From the IMG/VR virus record IMGVR_UViG_3300029288_000075, positions 96,001-160,000 of that record: DNA of 64,000 nucleotides. One strand, written 5' to 3'. The stretch's first letter is position 1. Each line of letters begins with the position of its first letter. Origin of the DNA: a virus. Lineage: Duplodnaviria; Caudoviricetes. A program made the position numbers and the translations under genes. The notes below the pieces were generated by a model. That model was not told the origin of the DNA, searched no databases, and saw only the letters and a program-made list of their open reading frames with translations. This document shows positions 9,086-18,143 of the stretch, one piece after another.

Positions 9086-9552
9086 CAATATCTACAGTCA
9101 TGGCGCAGGCAGGGGCGCTGGATGAGGGAATGTTGGCGGAGATAGCCAAGTGGAGGCTACCGTTGCAACTAGATTCCCAAGCGGAACCCTTCGAAGAACC
9201 CGGAGAGGCAGCGGAGGCCATAGAGGAGGCACTTACCGGCAAAGAGGCGGTGGAAGTGCGAACCACTGATTTGAGTGCGCTCAAGCAGTACCTGAAGACG
9301 CAGACCAAGGGGCGTCTCCGAATCAAGACGGATGACGAAGACGAAACCTTCGCTGTCACGTTTGGTACAACCACTTCGGGGGGTATCCTCATCCCATGGC
9401 AGGCAGACTCCCTGGAAGAGCACCTTACCAACGGCGATTCCTACTTGCTGTGCGAAGGGAGACGTGTCTTCTTTTCTCGTGTCGAGGATCTATTCTTCGG
9501 AGAGAAGAAGGCTTTCATCCTCTGCACCGTTGACGAGAGACCCAGCACATGA
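9082..9552 (+). CDS. hypothetical protein
   Basis: AGGAG RBS, ATGA coupling. Confidence 0.7.
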   Translation: MTISTVMAQAGALDEGMLAEIAKWRLPLQLDSQAEPFEEPGEAAEAIEEALTGKEAVEVRTTDLSALKQYLKTQTKGRLRIKTDDEDETFAVTFGTTTSGGILIPWQADSLEEHLTNGDSYLLCEGRRVFFSRVEDLFFGEKKAFILCTVDERPST

Positions 9553-9998
9553 CGAAGGACGACGTAATCATCGCGCTGGCCCGAAAGAGTGGCTTCGAAG
9601 TGGTGCAGCAGCGCGAGACCGCGAACCAACTATGGCTCATGGGGCGTAGTCACCCAGACCGCTGGGGGTTCTTTTCGCTGCTCATCAACGAGCTGCTAGT
9701 GGCTTCGGACGAGCATGCCGAGATCCCTTGGACGTGCGATGTCTCCAAGAAGTACCTGCGCAGGGGTGAGCAGCTGGTGTTTGGGTGGCGTTTGATTTTT
9801 CAGGCCACGCAAGTGCAGGCGCAGTACCCCAGCATCATTGCTGTCATTCAAAGGGCACCACGACCTGAGGCAGTGGAGTTGCAGAGTCAATTGCTGCCTG
9901 GTTACAAGCCCGGCGATGTGCGAGGCGGGGTCAACGACAAGGGCAAGGGATCCAGTAGTGCTGGCTCGTTGCCGCAGATCCTGCAAAGGAGAACGTAA
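9549..9998 (+). CDS. hypothetical protein
   Basis: 149 aa, coupled to neighbour. Confidence 0.7.
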   Translation: MTKDDVIIALARKSGFEVVQQRETANQLWLMGRSHPDRWGFFSLLINELLVASDEHAEIPWTCDVSKKYLRRGEQLVFGWRLIFQATQVQAQYPSIIAVIQRAPRPEAVELQSQLLPGYKPGDVRGGVNDKGKGSSSAGSLPQILQRRT

Positions 9999-10663
9999 TG
10001 CCTGTCTCTGACGGACCAATCAGGTACGACGACGTACGCGAGGGGCCTCTGGTACTGACGACGGAGGAGGCTGCCATCTACGCCAGAGAGAAGGCACGGC
10101 TACAACACATCCTGAGCGATCCGAAGGTCGTGGCCAAGTACAAGCTCGAGATCATCTTTGGCAGGGTGCGTACCGCTCGAGGGTTGACGCCGGGGGCAAT
10201 TACCTTTTGGGCCAATGGAACCAAGTTCCATGGGGGTGGGGACGACAAGTTGTACCTGTGCCCTGGGCGGAGAAAGAAGAAGAGCGATTGCGAGGCAGTT
10301 CTGCAGGCGGCCTACAACAGCGCCATAGGAATTACCTGTCCTGCCTGCGGTGTCACTTGGCTGAATGATGATGTAATAGGGGAGATTTTCCTCAATTTGG
10401 ATATGCGGCATTGGGCGCAGGCGGTATACAACTTCTTCTGTAGGTTTGAATGCGACTGCGACTTGTACTTGAAGCATTCGCCGTCTGATGTACGATCCAT
10501 AGCTCTTGCCCAATCTCAACGACAAACCTGGGTTGGTTCGAAGAACCTGGAGAAGGCAAGAAGTTCTAGAGCTCGAGTGATCTACCCACTACGCAACATC
10601 ATCAAAGACACATCGGCCGGCGCGGATCCTTTGCGTCGCTTTTACGACTTCATAACAGCATGA
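9998..10663 (+). CDS. Zn-binding hypothetical protein
   Basis: YLCP...C...CPACG; AGGAG RBS. Confidence 0.7.
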   Translation: MPVSDGPIRYDDVREGPLVLTTEEAAIYAREKARLQHILSDPKVVAKYKLEIIFGRVRTARGLTPGAITFWANGTKFHGGGDDKLYLCPGRRKKKSDCEAVLQAAYNSAIGITCPACGVTWLNDDVIGEIFLNLDMRHWAQAVYNFFCRFECDCDLYLKHSPSDVRSIALAQSQRQTWVGSKNLEKARSSRARVIYPLRNIIKDTSAGADPLRRFYDFITA

Positions 10664-11115
10664 ACACGCAAAGCACCTTCAAGCGATTGGCCCATGAGCG
10701 CGCCGTCTTCTTGGCTCTGTCCCGGGTGGTGCAAGAGCGTTACCTGACGGTTGAGGGGGCAGAGTCTCCGGAACAGCGCATTGAATGCGACGACTTGCCG
10801 CGTGGTGATTGCCAAGTACCTGAGGACGCCATCATGGACGTGGTCCTTCGGTTGGACCGCATGGCCGCGAAGAGGGCAAGAGAACTCAGCAGATTCAGGC
10901 TAGTACCAACATCGGAGGAAAGCGATGAGCAGGAGTGGGAAGAAGCAGGCGAAACGGCAGATACGAGCAAAGGTGGTCGCAAAGAAGATGCAGCGGCGCA
11001 CAAGCAAGGAAAGAGTAAAGGTAGCAGCGGAAATACTCAAGCTGCAGCAGCTGGGGGCGGTAAGCACAAATCCGGATCTGGCGCAGCTAAGTCGGGAAGC
11101 AGGAGCAACCCGTGA
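10660..11115 (+). CDS. hypothetical protein with a disordered tail
   Basis: ATGA coupling; tail overlaps the next gene. Confidence 0.6.
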   Translation: MNTQSTFKRLAHERAVFLALSRVVQERYLTVEGAESPEQRIECDDLPRGDCQVPEDAIMDVVLRLDRMAAKRARELSRFRLVPTSEESDEQEWEEAGETADTSKGGRKEDAAAHKQGKSKGSSGNTQAAAAGGGKHKSGSGAAKSGSRSNP

Positions 11116-11449
11116 CGGTCTCAACAACCTGATTCGTGGGTTCAACAAGAACGCGCAAGCCTTTGCCGACGCCGCAGCCAACCTTGACGCCAGAATCGGG
11201 GCGCTCATGCTCGTGGGTGACGACCTTGTCTCTCTGCTTCCTGCAGACCAAACGGAGGTTACTACCTACGAGGATGCGGAAGGAAAACGCAAGGTCCACT
11301 GGGAGGCTTACATCAAGCACTACGTGGACAACGTCCGCGCCTTGGCGCTGAAGACCAAGGAAGCAATGACGTCTGCAGCAGACCAAGAAGAGGACTCGGA
11401 AGAGCCCATTGTGTTTGGAGGCAACCATGAAGCTGGTGGCAACGGATAG
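10925..11449 (+). CDS. hypothetical protein with a basic N-terminus
   Basis: GGAGGA RBS. Confidence 0.7.
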   Translation: MSRSGKKQAKRQIRAKVVAKKMQRRTSKERVKVAAEILKLQQLGAVSTNPDLAQLSREAGATRDGLNNLIRGFNKNAQAFADAAANLDARIGALMLVGDDLVSLLPADQTEVTTYEDAEGKRKVHWEAYIKHYVDNVRALALKTKEAMTSAADQEEDSEEPIVFGGNHEAGGNG

Positions 11450-11630
11450 ACGAGCACGAAAAGTTACCGACGGCGTTGCCGTCGTGCATGAGTCAGCTCC
11501 TGGCGGCATGCGAAAGATACGCTGCCCGGCGACACATCAGCTGGCAGTGACCTCGAGATCTACCGATGGATCCACCGTGCTGCGAACCCCTGGCGGGGTG
11601 ACGTATGTCACGAAGAGGCTTGGACGGTAG
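11427..11630 (+). CDS. small hypothetical protein
   Basis: GGAGG RBS before ATG 11427. Confidence 0.6.
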   Translation: MKLVATDRRARKVTDGVAVVHESAPGGMRKIRCPATHQLAVTSRSTDGSTVLRTPGGVTYVTKRLGR

Positions 11631-12018
11631 CTTCTCGCAGCATGACCCAGCTGTTGTTGCTTGGTAGGTGTCCCACGATCTGAAAGCCGTGCTTGCGGTA
11701 CAGTCGAATGGCCCGAGGGTTGTCTTTCTTTACCGTCAGCATGGCCTTTTCGTTTTCTTGCAGTAGTCTCTGGAGGAGCTGCGTACCGAATCCAACCCTT
11801 TGGTAGTCGGGATGCACTCCTAGGCGTAGTAGGTCCATGACGTTGTGACTGTTGCGCACTAGGGCGTATGCAACTACATCACCAGCCACTTCAATTACCC
11901 AGCCAAGGCCATGCTGTGCCTCGTTGGCCAGGGTGGTTTCGTTCAGGGCATTCTCTGGGAACAAGATGCTGTCCAAGTGAGCCAGTACATCTGCGTCAAA
12001 TCTTGTAACGTCACGCAT
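11608..12018 (-). CDS. GNAT N-acetyltransferase (RimI-like)
   Basis: LGVHPDYQRVGFGTQLL (motif A) and LTVKKDNPRAIRLYRKHGF (motif B); start reassigned to MRDVTR at 12018. Confidence 0.88.
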   Translation of the reverse strand: MRDVTRFDADVLAHLDSILFPENALNETTLANEAQHGLGWVIEVAGDVVAYALVRNSHNVMDLLRLGVHPDYQRVGFGTQLLQRLLQENEKAMLTVKKDNPRAIRLYRKHGFQIVGHLPSNNSWVMLREATVQASS

Positions 12019-12043
12019 GCCGTCATGGTACAACAAAAGCATG
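12016..12043. promoter_or_regulatory. Back-to-back leaderless promoters with overlapping -10 boxes
   Basis: + strand TGG-TACAAC-N6-ATG(12041); - strand TACCAT-N6-ATG(12018). Confidence 0.55.
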
Positions 12044-12259
12044 CCAGCACAACCACCAGTTTTATCTGTCTCGTTCGGGCCGATGTACGACGACGGCGAC
12101 GATGGTGGTTTGTCCCGCGGCGATATCGAGAAGTTGGTCGATGAGGACATCGGCAAGTTCGACGAGTTCTTTCAAACCGCGCTTCAGAACGGTTCGCTGT
12201 CAAAGCCCGAGAGGGCAATCATCAAGACCTACCTAGCGTACAAGCTATCGTTGATGTGA
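12041..12259 (+). CDS. small hypothetical protein
   Basis: MPAQPPV..., acidic and helical. Confidence 0.6.
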   Translation: MPAQPPVLSVSFGPMYDDGDDGGLSRGDIEKLVDEDIGKFDEFFQTALQNGSLSKPERAIIKTYLAYKLSLM

Positions 12260-12315
12260 CTATTGCAGCGCTGGCGCGCCCTGTGTATGACGGACGTACG
12301 ATTCGGAGACTAGCT

Positions 12316-12720
12316 ATGGCAAGCAAGCAAGTTACTCAGCATGCGTGTGATCGGTGCAAACGCATATGGTATGTGGACGTGGGAGCAAAGGCGGTTGCCA
12401 CTACGGTGTGCATAGAGGCCGACTTGGATGGCGTGCAGCTGTCCGTGAAGCATGACTGTCTTTGCGCTGGTTGCCGCTCCACCGTGAAGGGACTTCTCGA
12501 GCAGATTGCCAAGACCATCGAGAAGGCCTCCCCGATTCGGACGGCTAAGAAAAAGGACAAGAGGACAGCAGCCGCAGAGGTTACCCCTCCGCCAGCTGCA
12601 GTCCCCTCACCACCTATGAAGCCGCCGCCACCAAGTGTGGTGGTCGCGCCAGCGGCATTGACGGCCGTGTCGGCATCTGCCGCACGATCTGGTGGAGTTC
12701 CTGCCCATCCCACCAGATGA
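12316..12720 (+). CDS. Zn-binding protein with a Pro-rich tail
   Basis: CDRC...CAGC; GGAG RBS; TTGCAG-N17-TATGAC upstream. Confidence 0.65.
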   Translation: MASKQVTQHACDRCKRIWYVDVGAKAVATTVCIEADLDGVQLSVKHDCLCAGCRSTVKGLLEQIAKTIEKASPIRTAKKKDKRTAAAEVTPPPAAVPSPPMKPPPPSVVVAPAALTAVSASAARSGGVPAHPTR

Positions 12721-13192
12721 CTTGACGCTTCGGAGTGCCTTCGAAGGTTCCACCGGGCGGGATGCTCATGAAGATCCCATCGTTACGCTTGAACACGAAC
12801 AGCATCCGCATCATGCAGTCCGTGGTAGTGCATGTAATGAGGCTCGGGTAGTTGTGCCCTATCTCTCTCGATGCACCTAACCTGGTGTAACCTACCTCTT
12901 GGTCATGGCAAATGTCGACCCACACCATGGCCTTGCCATCAGCGTTGGACTTTTCAATGTCTTGGGCCACCAGGTAGATGCCATGCGCTTTGACGTCGAT
13001 GGTCCCATGCATCAGTCGAAACTTGCACGGGTCGTCGTCGGGGTGCGCCAGTAGTCTTCCCAATGAACTGCCTATTGGGATGACTACTGGGTTTCCACTC
13101 TCTACCGATTTGCCCATTGGTACGCCCAGCGTTGGTCGCACGGTAATGCGGCAGCCTGCGTTGACTCTGTCAGATACCTCGTAGACACGCAT
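12614..13192 (-). CDS. hypothetical protein
   Basis: GAGGAGGAG RBS and an upstream GGGGATAAG promoter. Confidence 0.7.
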   Translation of the reverse strand: MRVYEVSDRVNAGCRITVRPTLGVPMGKSVESGNPVVIPIGSSLGRLLAHPDDDPCKFRLMHGTIDVKAHGIYLVAQDIEKSNADGKAMVWVDICHDQEVGYTRLGASREIGHNYPSLITCTTTDCMMRMLFVFKRNDGIFMSIPPGGTFEGTPKRQVIWWDGQELHQIVRQMPTRPSMPLARPPHLVAAAS

Positions 13193-13233
13193 CGCTCCTC
13201 CTCGTAAGCAGACCCCACGTCCGCTTCAAGGTA

Positions 13234-13262
13234 CTTATCCCCGAGCTATGCATGCCTTTTCA
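13234..13262 (-). promoter_or_regulatory. Phage promoter motif, copy 1
   Basis: TGAAA-N15-GGGGATAAG. Confidence 0.7.
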
Positions 13263-13267
13263 GGCAG

Positions 13268-13546
13268 TCAACTGGCTAGGAGCACTGGCTGGAAGTACGC
13301 GAAGGCAGAGCGCACCGCCTGTAGAGCGCACTCCCGAAGACTTGCCAGATCTTCTGAGGGGGTCGGTAGTCTGTACACGACCGACAGTGCGAGTTGGGCC
13401 GACGCCTCGGAGGTCACATCTAATCCCCGTAGAGCTTGCACCGCGACGGCATGCCCCGCCCGCTCGTAGTCGGTACGGCACATGTCGAGCATTACCTGTG
13501 CATTTTCGAGGGCATTGGAGCGCTCGATGTAGGTTTGCTTTGTCAT
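13268..13546 (-). CDS. hypothetical protein
   Basis: Coupled member of the minus-strand operon, AAGG RBS. Confidence 0.6.
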   Translation of the reverse strand: MTKQTYIERSNALENAQVMLDMCRTDYERAGHAVAVQALRGLDVTSEASAQLALSVVYRLPTPSEDLASLRECALQAVRSAFAYFQPVLLAS

Positions 13547-13728
13547 GGGTCACCTTGCGGTTGGGGTTTGATTGAATTGCCTACGTGTAGTGTGGTCACT
13601 TCTTTCCGAAGTTCAAGAAAATTCAGCGTGCGTGCTTGTAGTGGGTTCAACTCTTGTTGGCAACCTCGTGACGAACTGGGGGCTAAGAAAAGACGATGAA
13701 GGCTTACCGCCCTCACGTCCTTTCCCAT
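13543..13728 (-). CDS. small hypothetical protein
   Basis: AGGA RBS, MGKDVR...; stop overlaps the next ATG. Confidence 0.45.
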   Translation of the reverse strand: MGKDVRAVSLHRLFLAPSSSRGCQQELNPLQARTLNFLELRKEVTTLHVGNSIKPQPQGDP

Positions 13729-13742
13729 GCAGTTTCCTGCAG

Positions 13743-14087
13743 TTACACCACGCGTCGCATCGACCACAGCGTGCCTGCCAACGCCAACATCGCGATGGGT
13801 ACAGCCACCGAGCACACCTGCAGTGTGCGTTTAGCCAACCCCCAATAGGTGTATTCCCTGGGCACATATACGCTGGCTTGCGCCATTTGCTGCGCTGCCT
13901 GCTCCATGCCTCCCAAGGCAGTGCCTATGGTTTCCAGCACCTGCAGTGCCGGGTCGCTCTTGGTCTTCCTGGTTTGCGCGGTCTCCTGCTGTACTTCGCT
14001 CATGTTCGGTTCCTCCACGGCGCTTAGGCCGTAACGTTGTTGTAGTTTTCGTCGAGCACTTTGCTCTAGGCTGCGCACGTCAATCAT
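13743..14087 (-). CDS. Protein with a C-terminal transmembrane segment
   Basis: MIDVRSLEQ...; hydrophobic VCSVAVPIAMLALAGTLW. Confidence 0.6.
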   Translation of the reverse strand: MIDVRSLEQSARRKLQQRYGLSAVEEPNMSEVQQETAQTRKTKSDPALQVLETIGTALGGMEQAAQQMAQASVYVPREYTYWGLAKRTLQVCSVAVPIAMLALAGTLWSMRRVV

Positions 14088-14196
14088 CGAAGCGCCCCCG
14101 GGCTTGCGCCTCCCGAATCGCGTGCATGGTTTCGTTGTGTTGCCGAATGGCAACTTTGAGCAGGGAAATCCCTGTCCACGCTAAAGTGATCAGCAT
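14080..14196 (-). CDS. 38-aa small protein absent from the ORF track
   Basis: GGAGGAACTACA-ATG; MLITLAWTGISLLKVAIRQHNETMHAIREAQARGRFDD; overlaps the next start. Confidence 0.55.
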   Translation of the reverse strand: MLITLAWTGISLLKVAIRQHNETMHAIREAQARGRFDD

Positions 14197-14217
14197 TGTA
14201 GTTCCTCCACTACCTTT

Positions 14218-14245
14218 CTTATCCCCGTTTATGACCACTTTTTCA
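14218..14245 (-). promoter_or_regulatory. Phage promoter motif, copy 2
   Basis: TGAAA-N14-GGGGATAAG. Confidence 0.7.
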
Positions 14246-14280
14246 CGGAGCTAAGTTTCAGTGTGTCAAGGTCCTGTAAA

Positions 14281-14428
14281 CGGCACCCCACCAGCGAAGT
14301 GAGGGGGAGGGACTTCGCTGGTGGGGCAGTGGGGTAGAACTACGGTGGAGGCTTGCCGAAGGCAGCCACCGCGTAGGCGTTGGTCTCAGAGGAGGTAACC
14401 TGCCAACAGAGGAGATGCGCAACACCTA
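14281..14428 (-). ncRNA. Candidate structured small RNA with C-rich anti-SD-like loops
   Basis: Lies downstream of promoter copy 3; three hairpins, including a perfect 15-bp stem at 14286-14326; no RBS-led ORF. Confidence 0.45.
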
Positions 14429-14435
14429 CAACTAT

Positions 14436-14464
14436 CTTATGCCCTGCGTTCGCTGAAGTTTGCA
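14436..14464 (-). promoter_or_regulatory. Phage promoter motif, copy 3
   Basis: TGCAA-N15-GGGCATAAG. Confidence 0.6.
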
Positions 14465-14480
14465 GTGCTACGCTAGGGGC

Positions 14481-17400
14481 ATGCCGCTGAGTTCCAGCCA
14501 GATTGCGCAGATGAACGGGGCGTATGCCCAGCAGTACATGCAGAACCTGCAAATGTCGCAGATGATTCAGCCGCCTGGTTACAATCTCGGCGGGTACAAC
14601 ACGGGTGCACAAAACGAGGGAGCGGCAGCTAACGTCCTAAATAGGGGGTCTGCAGTTGGGGCACCCATCGCTGCGTTGGGAATGGGGTTGATGGGACTTG
14701 ACCCATTGTCCATGGGGATCCGTAGAGGAATGGCGGCGCACGGCATGGGGTTGGGTCTGGGTGGTTCTATGGTTGCGGGAGCTGCGGTAGCTGCGCCGAT
14801 GATGGCTGGCATGGCTGGCATCAGTTACATGGGCAACCAGATGATGACTGGTGCGCAGCAAACGCAGCAGTTTCACCAAGATATGCGCCAGGGGTACACC
14901 TTCTTCAATGCGGGGGGTACACATGGTAGAGGCTTCTCGGACCGCGGGATCACGCAAGTTGGGCATGACCTTCGCGGCATGGTCGGGCAGAGCGCTGGGC
15001 AGTTTGGGGGTACCTCAAGTCAGTTCGAGCTGGGTCCAAGCTTTGCAGAACTTGGCCGTTTGGCTTCGAGCATGGGGCGCATGGGGTTGGCTGACGGGGT
15101 ACGCAACGCCAAGGAGTTCACCGAGAAGTTTCGCGAGATGATGAAGTCGGTGAAGACCATTGCGGAGGACATGGGAACCACGCTGGAGGAAGCGCAGAAG
15201 ACCATGGCCGCCATGAAGGGCTCAGGGGTCTTCCGGAACCAGGCTGGTGTTGCCGGGGCGATTCGTGGCGCCAGCGTGGCAGGAAACATGGCGGTCACCG
15301 AAGTGACCGGGATGATGAACATCGGCTCTCAGATCAGTCGTATGTTCGGAGGCACTGGGCGGCAGGGCGCCATGGGCGGCATCAAGACGCTCGAGCAGGT
15401 TGGGCTTGCCCACCAAACCGGTGTGCTCTCGGAGGAGGACATCTACAACACCACTGGATTGACGGGGGCGGAAGGGCGTCGCGCCTTCGCGCAGGACCAG
15501 ATGATGCGTACAGGCTCTTTCCTCAAGAGCTCGAAGGGACGTTGGCTGATGGCGTCTTTGGCCGGCAAGGATGGGAAGTTGGACCAGGGGTCGGTCAACG
15601 ACTTCTTGGCCGGGGGTATGGGTGTAAACGACACCAGAGGTGCGGCTCACCGTAATCTGCGCGGCGTTGGGCGCGCCAACTTCATTCGAAATGAGGGTCG
15701 GCTGCGTGGCGCTGTGATGGAGGAATTTGGTGGCCTGGCGCCGGCGATGGCCATGATGGGTTGGGCTCAAGGCAAGGGGCTTGACATCAACTCCATGGGG
15801 GATCGGGAGATGCTGTTCATGCAGCGTCAGCTGGGTCTTGGGCGCGATGAAGCGGACTCTTTGATCAAGATGACGCGGGCATTGCCGGAGTTGATGCAGC
15901 ATCGTCGGGATGCCAAGGTTGACGACAGGTTTGCGCGCGAGCACGGGGTACGTGCACAAAACTCAGGGATAGAGGGGATCAAGCGGCGTCTCGACGCGGC
16001 CAAAGACAGCGTCAACAACGAGATGCAGAAGGTAGGACAGTCGGTGCTCGAGAGCATGACTGACACGGTGGCCGAATGGGGTAACAAGCTGGCCGGCACC
16101 TACGAAGAACGTGCCTACGAGGGTATTCGGGAGACCCACAGAGCGGCGCTTAGCGGGGGTCGCGCCGGTAAGGCGGCGACGGCCGCGCTTACTGGTGGAG
16201 GCAAGCTGTCGAAACTGTACGGGGCATCCGGCGGTGGCGGCTTCCTGCACGAGGACATTGGGCAATCGCGGTACGCGGAAAAGCTCACCGACATGCAGTT
16301 CTCTGCGCGCATGGCATCCGTCTCCGGCGTTTCTTCGGAAGTCAGCGCCTTGCTGGGTAGCAGCAGCTCTGCTTTGCGTGAAGCCTACGGGGGTACCGCG
16401 GGGCTCGCGGGGCTCGCGGGGGAAGACCGCATGTCTGCCTTCAAGCGGCAGTTCGGCAAGGACACTGCGTTGGGAAAGCACTTTCGCAGTCTAGATGCTG
16501 GAGGGCAGGCCGCCTTTATGCAGCAGGCAGAAGCCTCGATCGGCATGGACAAAGGGCGCCTGAGCGAGACCTTCCAGATGCCGGGGTTGGCCAAGCTGGT
16601 GGGGGGTGGTCCTGACCATACATTGGCCAAGCAGGACGAGCGACTCGGACGATCCATGCTTGGGCTCGAGCGCGGGGGTTTGGCAAGGGCGGCCGACCTG
16701 ATGGGTAAAGTGGGTGGGGGCGTTTTGGGAGCCCAAGTGACAGCGGCTGGAGCCGGCAGTGGCGCGGTGTTGGGTCTTGGCTTTGGCGCCATCCCAGGCG
16801 CGGTGTACGGCGCCAAGTTGGGCGGGTGGATTTCTTCAGGCATGGGTGCACTTGGTGGTGCGGCTGGGGATTTGATCGAGAAGTTCTCTGGTAGGTCCGG
16901 TATGGCCAAAGCTGCCGGTGCAATCTTCGAAGGTAAGCAGATGCGCGAGCTCGCCTTCGGCACGCTCACCGGCGAAGCGGGGTCCCGCGAGAAACTGCAG
17001 AAGGCCCGTATGGACATCCTGGGCGGCGCGGCGGAGCGCGGCGGGATGGACAAGCTGACCGACCAGGAAAAGGCCATGCTTGGTGGACTCGACGCCATTT
17101 CGTTGACGGCAAAGGTGAACACCGCCATCAACGCAAAGGGCGGTGACCCCAACAAGATGACGGACGCAGACTGGGAACCATTGCTCAAGGAGCGGCGTGC
17201 GGCGGTAGAGAGGATGGGAGGGGATCCCAGCACCGTTACAAAGGACTCTGTTCGGGTGATGGCACAAGGCGTTGGAGCTGCTGCGTACAAGGCGCAGGCA
17301 GAGATCATGGATAGACTTTCCAAGCAGGTTGGGCGTACTACGCAAGAAGAAGTGCAGGTGATGCGTGCAGGGAAGATTGCCACAGGAGAAGGCAAGCAGC

Positions 17401-18143
17401 CTCTTACGCTCACTGCAGAGGCGGCAGGGAGTCTTCGTAAAGCAGGCGGCGCGTTGGCTGTAGACACAGCGACTACCATCCTTGCCTCGCAGGATTTGGG
17501 ATTGCAGTTAGGACGTGCAACGTCTGAGGAGGAACGGAGTCGTATCTACGAGGAGTACGCGGGTAAGAAGGGGGCTGCGCGCGACATGATGAGCAACATG
17601 GACATCAAGAGTCTGCGTGCTCTTGGTTCGACCATGGCCGGCACTGAGGAAGGTGACGTTGCTACTGGCATGATCATGCGAGGCCAGGCGATGAAAGCTG
17701 GAGTGCGACGCAAGGGTGCCTTCGGCGCTATGGCAGACCAGCTGGGTGTGCGCATGGACAAGTCGCAGCTCGATGCAATGAAGGGTAAGAGCCCAGAGGC
17801 GCAGGCAGCTATGCTTGCTCGAGAGCTTGGTGTGGGCGGCGACCAGGGGTTTGTCAGTGCACTCACGGAAGCAGCGGGAACCATCGGTAAAAAGGGTGGA
17901 GAAGTGCGTGGGGCTGACTTGCTATCTAGGGCGAGGGAGCACGCTTCGGCGGATACCAGGACCAAGCTGGAGGCCTATGCAAAGGGTCAAGCGAGCCCGG
18001 AAGAGAAGATTCTTGATGCCCTCAAACTGAGCAACGACCACTTGAAGATCATGGCGGATGCAGTACCAAAGACTGAGTCCAAACTCTCAGCGATCTCAGC
18101 CAATTCCAGCAAGTGGTTTCCAGCCGACGGTGAAAAGTCATGA
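14481..18143 (+). CDS. Tape-measure-like tail protein
   Basis: About 1220 aa, Gly/Ala/Met-rich and helical, with a hydrophobic Gly-rich segment (GAVLGLGFGAIPGAVYGA); followed by baseplate-like genes; start at MPLSSSQ behind TGC-TACGCT-N6. Confidence 0.7.
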   Translation: MPLSSSQIAQMNGAYAQQYMQNLQMSQMIQPPGYNLGGYNTGAQNEGAAANVLNRGSAVGAPIAALGMGLMGLDPLSMGIRRGMAAHGMGLGLGGSMVAGAAVAAPMMAGMAGISYMGNQMMTGAQQTQQFHQDMRQGYTFFNAGGTHGRGFSDRGITQVGHDLRGMVGQSAGQFGGTSSQFELGPSFAELGRLASSMGRMGLADGVRNAKEFTEKFREMMKSVKTIAEDMGTTLEEAQKTMAAMKGSGVFRNQAGVAGAIRGASVAGNMAVTEVTGMMNIGSQISRMFGGTGRQGAMGGIKTLEQVGLAHQTGVLSEEDIYNTTGLTGAEGRRAFAQDQMMRTGSFLKSSKGRWLMASLAGKDGKLDQGSVNDFLAGGMGVNDTRGAAHRNLRGVGRANFIRNEGRLRGAVMEEFGGLAPAMAMMGWAQGKGLDINSMGDREMLFMQRQLGLGRDEADSLIKMTRALPELMQHRRDAKVDDRFAREHGVRAQNSGIEGIKRRLDAAKDSVNNEMQKVGQSVLESMTDTVAEWGNKLAGTYEERAYEGIRETHRAALSGGRAGKAATAALTGGGKLSKLYGASGGGGFLHEDIGQSRYAEKLTDMQFSARMASVSGVSSEVSALLGSSSSALREAYGGTAGLAGLAGEDRMSAFKRQFGKDTALGKHFRSLDAGGQAAFMQQAEASIGMDKGRLSETFQMPGLAKLVGGGPDHTLAKQDERLGRSMLGLERGGLARAADLMGKVGGGVLGAQVTAAGAGSGAVLGLGFGAIPGAVYGAKLGGWISSGMGALGGAAGDLIEKFSGRSGMAKAAGAIFEGKQMRELAFGTLTGEAGSREKLQKARMDILGGAAERGGMDKLTDQEKAMLGGLDAISLTAKVNTAINAKGGDPNKMTDADWEPLLKERRAAVERMGGDPSTVTKDSVRVMAQGVGAAAYKAQAEIMDRLSKQVGRTTQEEVQVMRAGKIATGEGKQPLTLTAEAAGSLRKAGGALAVDTATTILASQDLGLQLGRATSEEERSRIYEEYAGKKGAARDMMSNMDIKSLRALGSTMAGTEEGDVATGMIMRGQAMKAGVRRKGAFGAMADQLGVRMDKSQLDAMKGKSPEAQAAMLARELGVGGDQGFVSALTEAAGTIGKKGGEVRGADLLSRAREHASADTRTKLEAYAKGQASPEEKILDALKLSNDHLKIMADAVPKTESKLSAISANSSKWFPADGEKS

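Noticed and set aside
14340-14390. Minus-strand peptide ETNAYAVAA resembling a tmRNA tag
   Set aside because: No stop after AA, no tRNA-like ends, and the region is too short for tmRNA
16397-16421. Short tandem repeat CGCGGGGCT
   Set aside because: Only about 2.5 copies, encoding AGLAGLAG within the tape measure protein
15222-17965. Long minus-strand ORFs (e.g. 16385-17479, 15222-15959)
   Set aside because: Shadow frames of the GC-rich tape measure gene; no RBS or recognisable motifs
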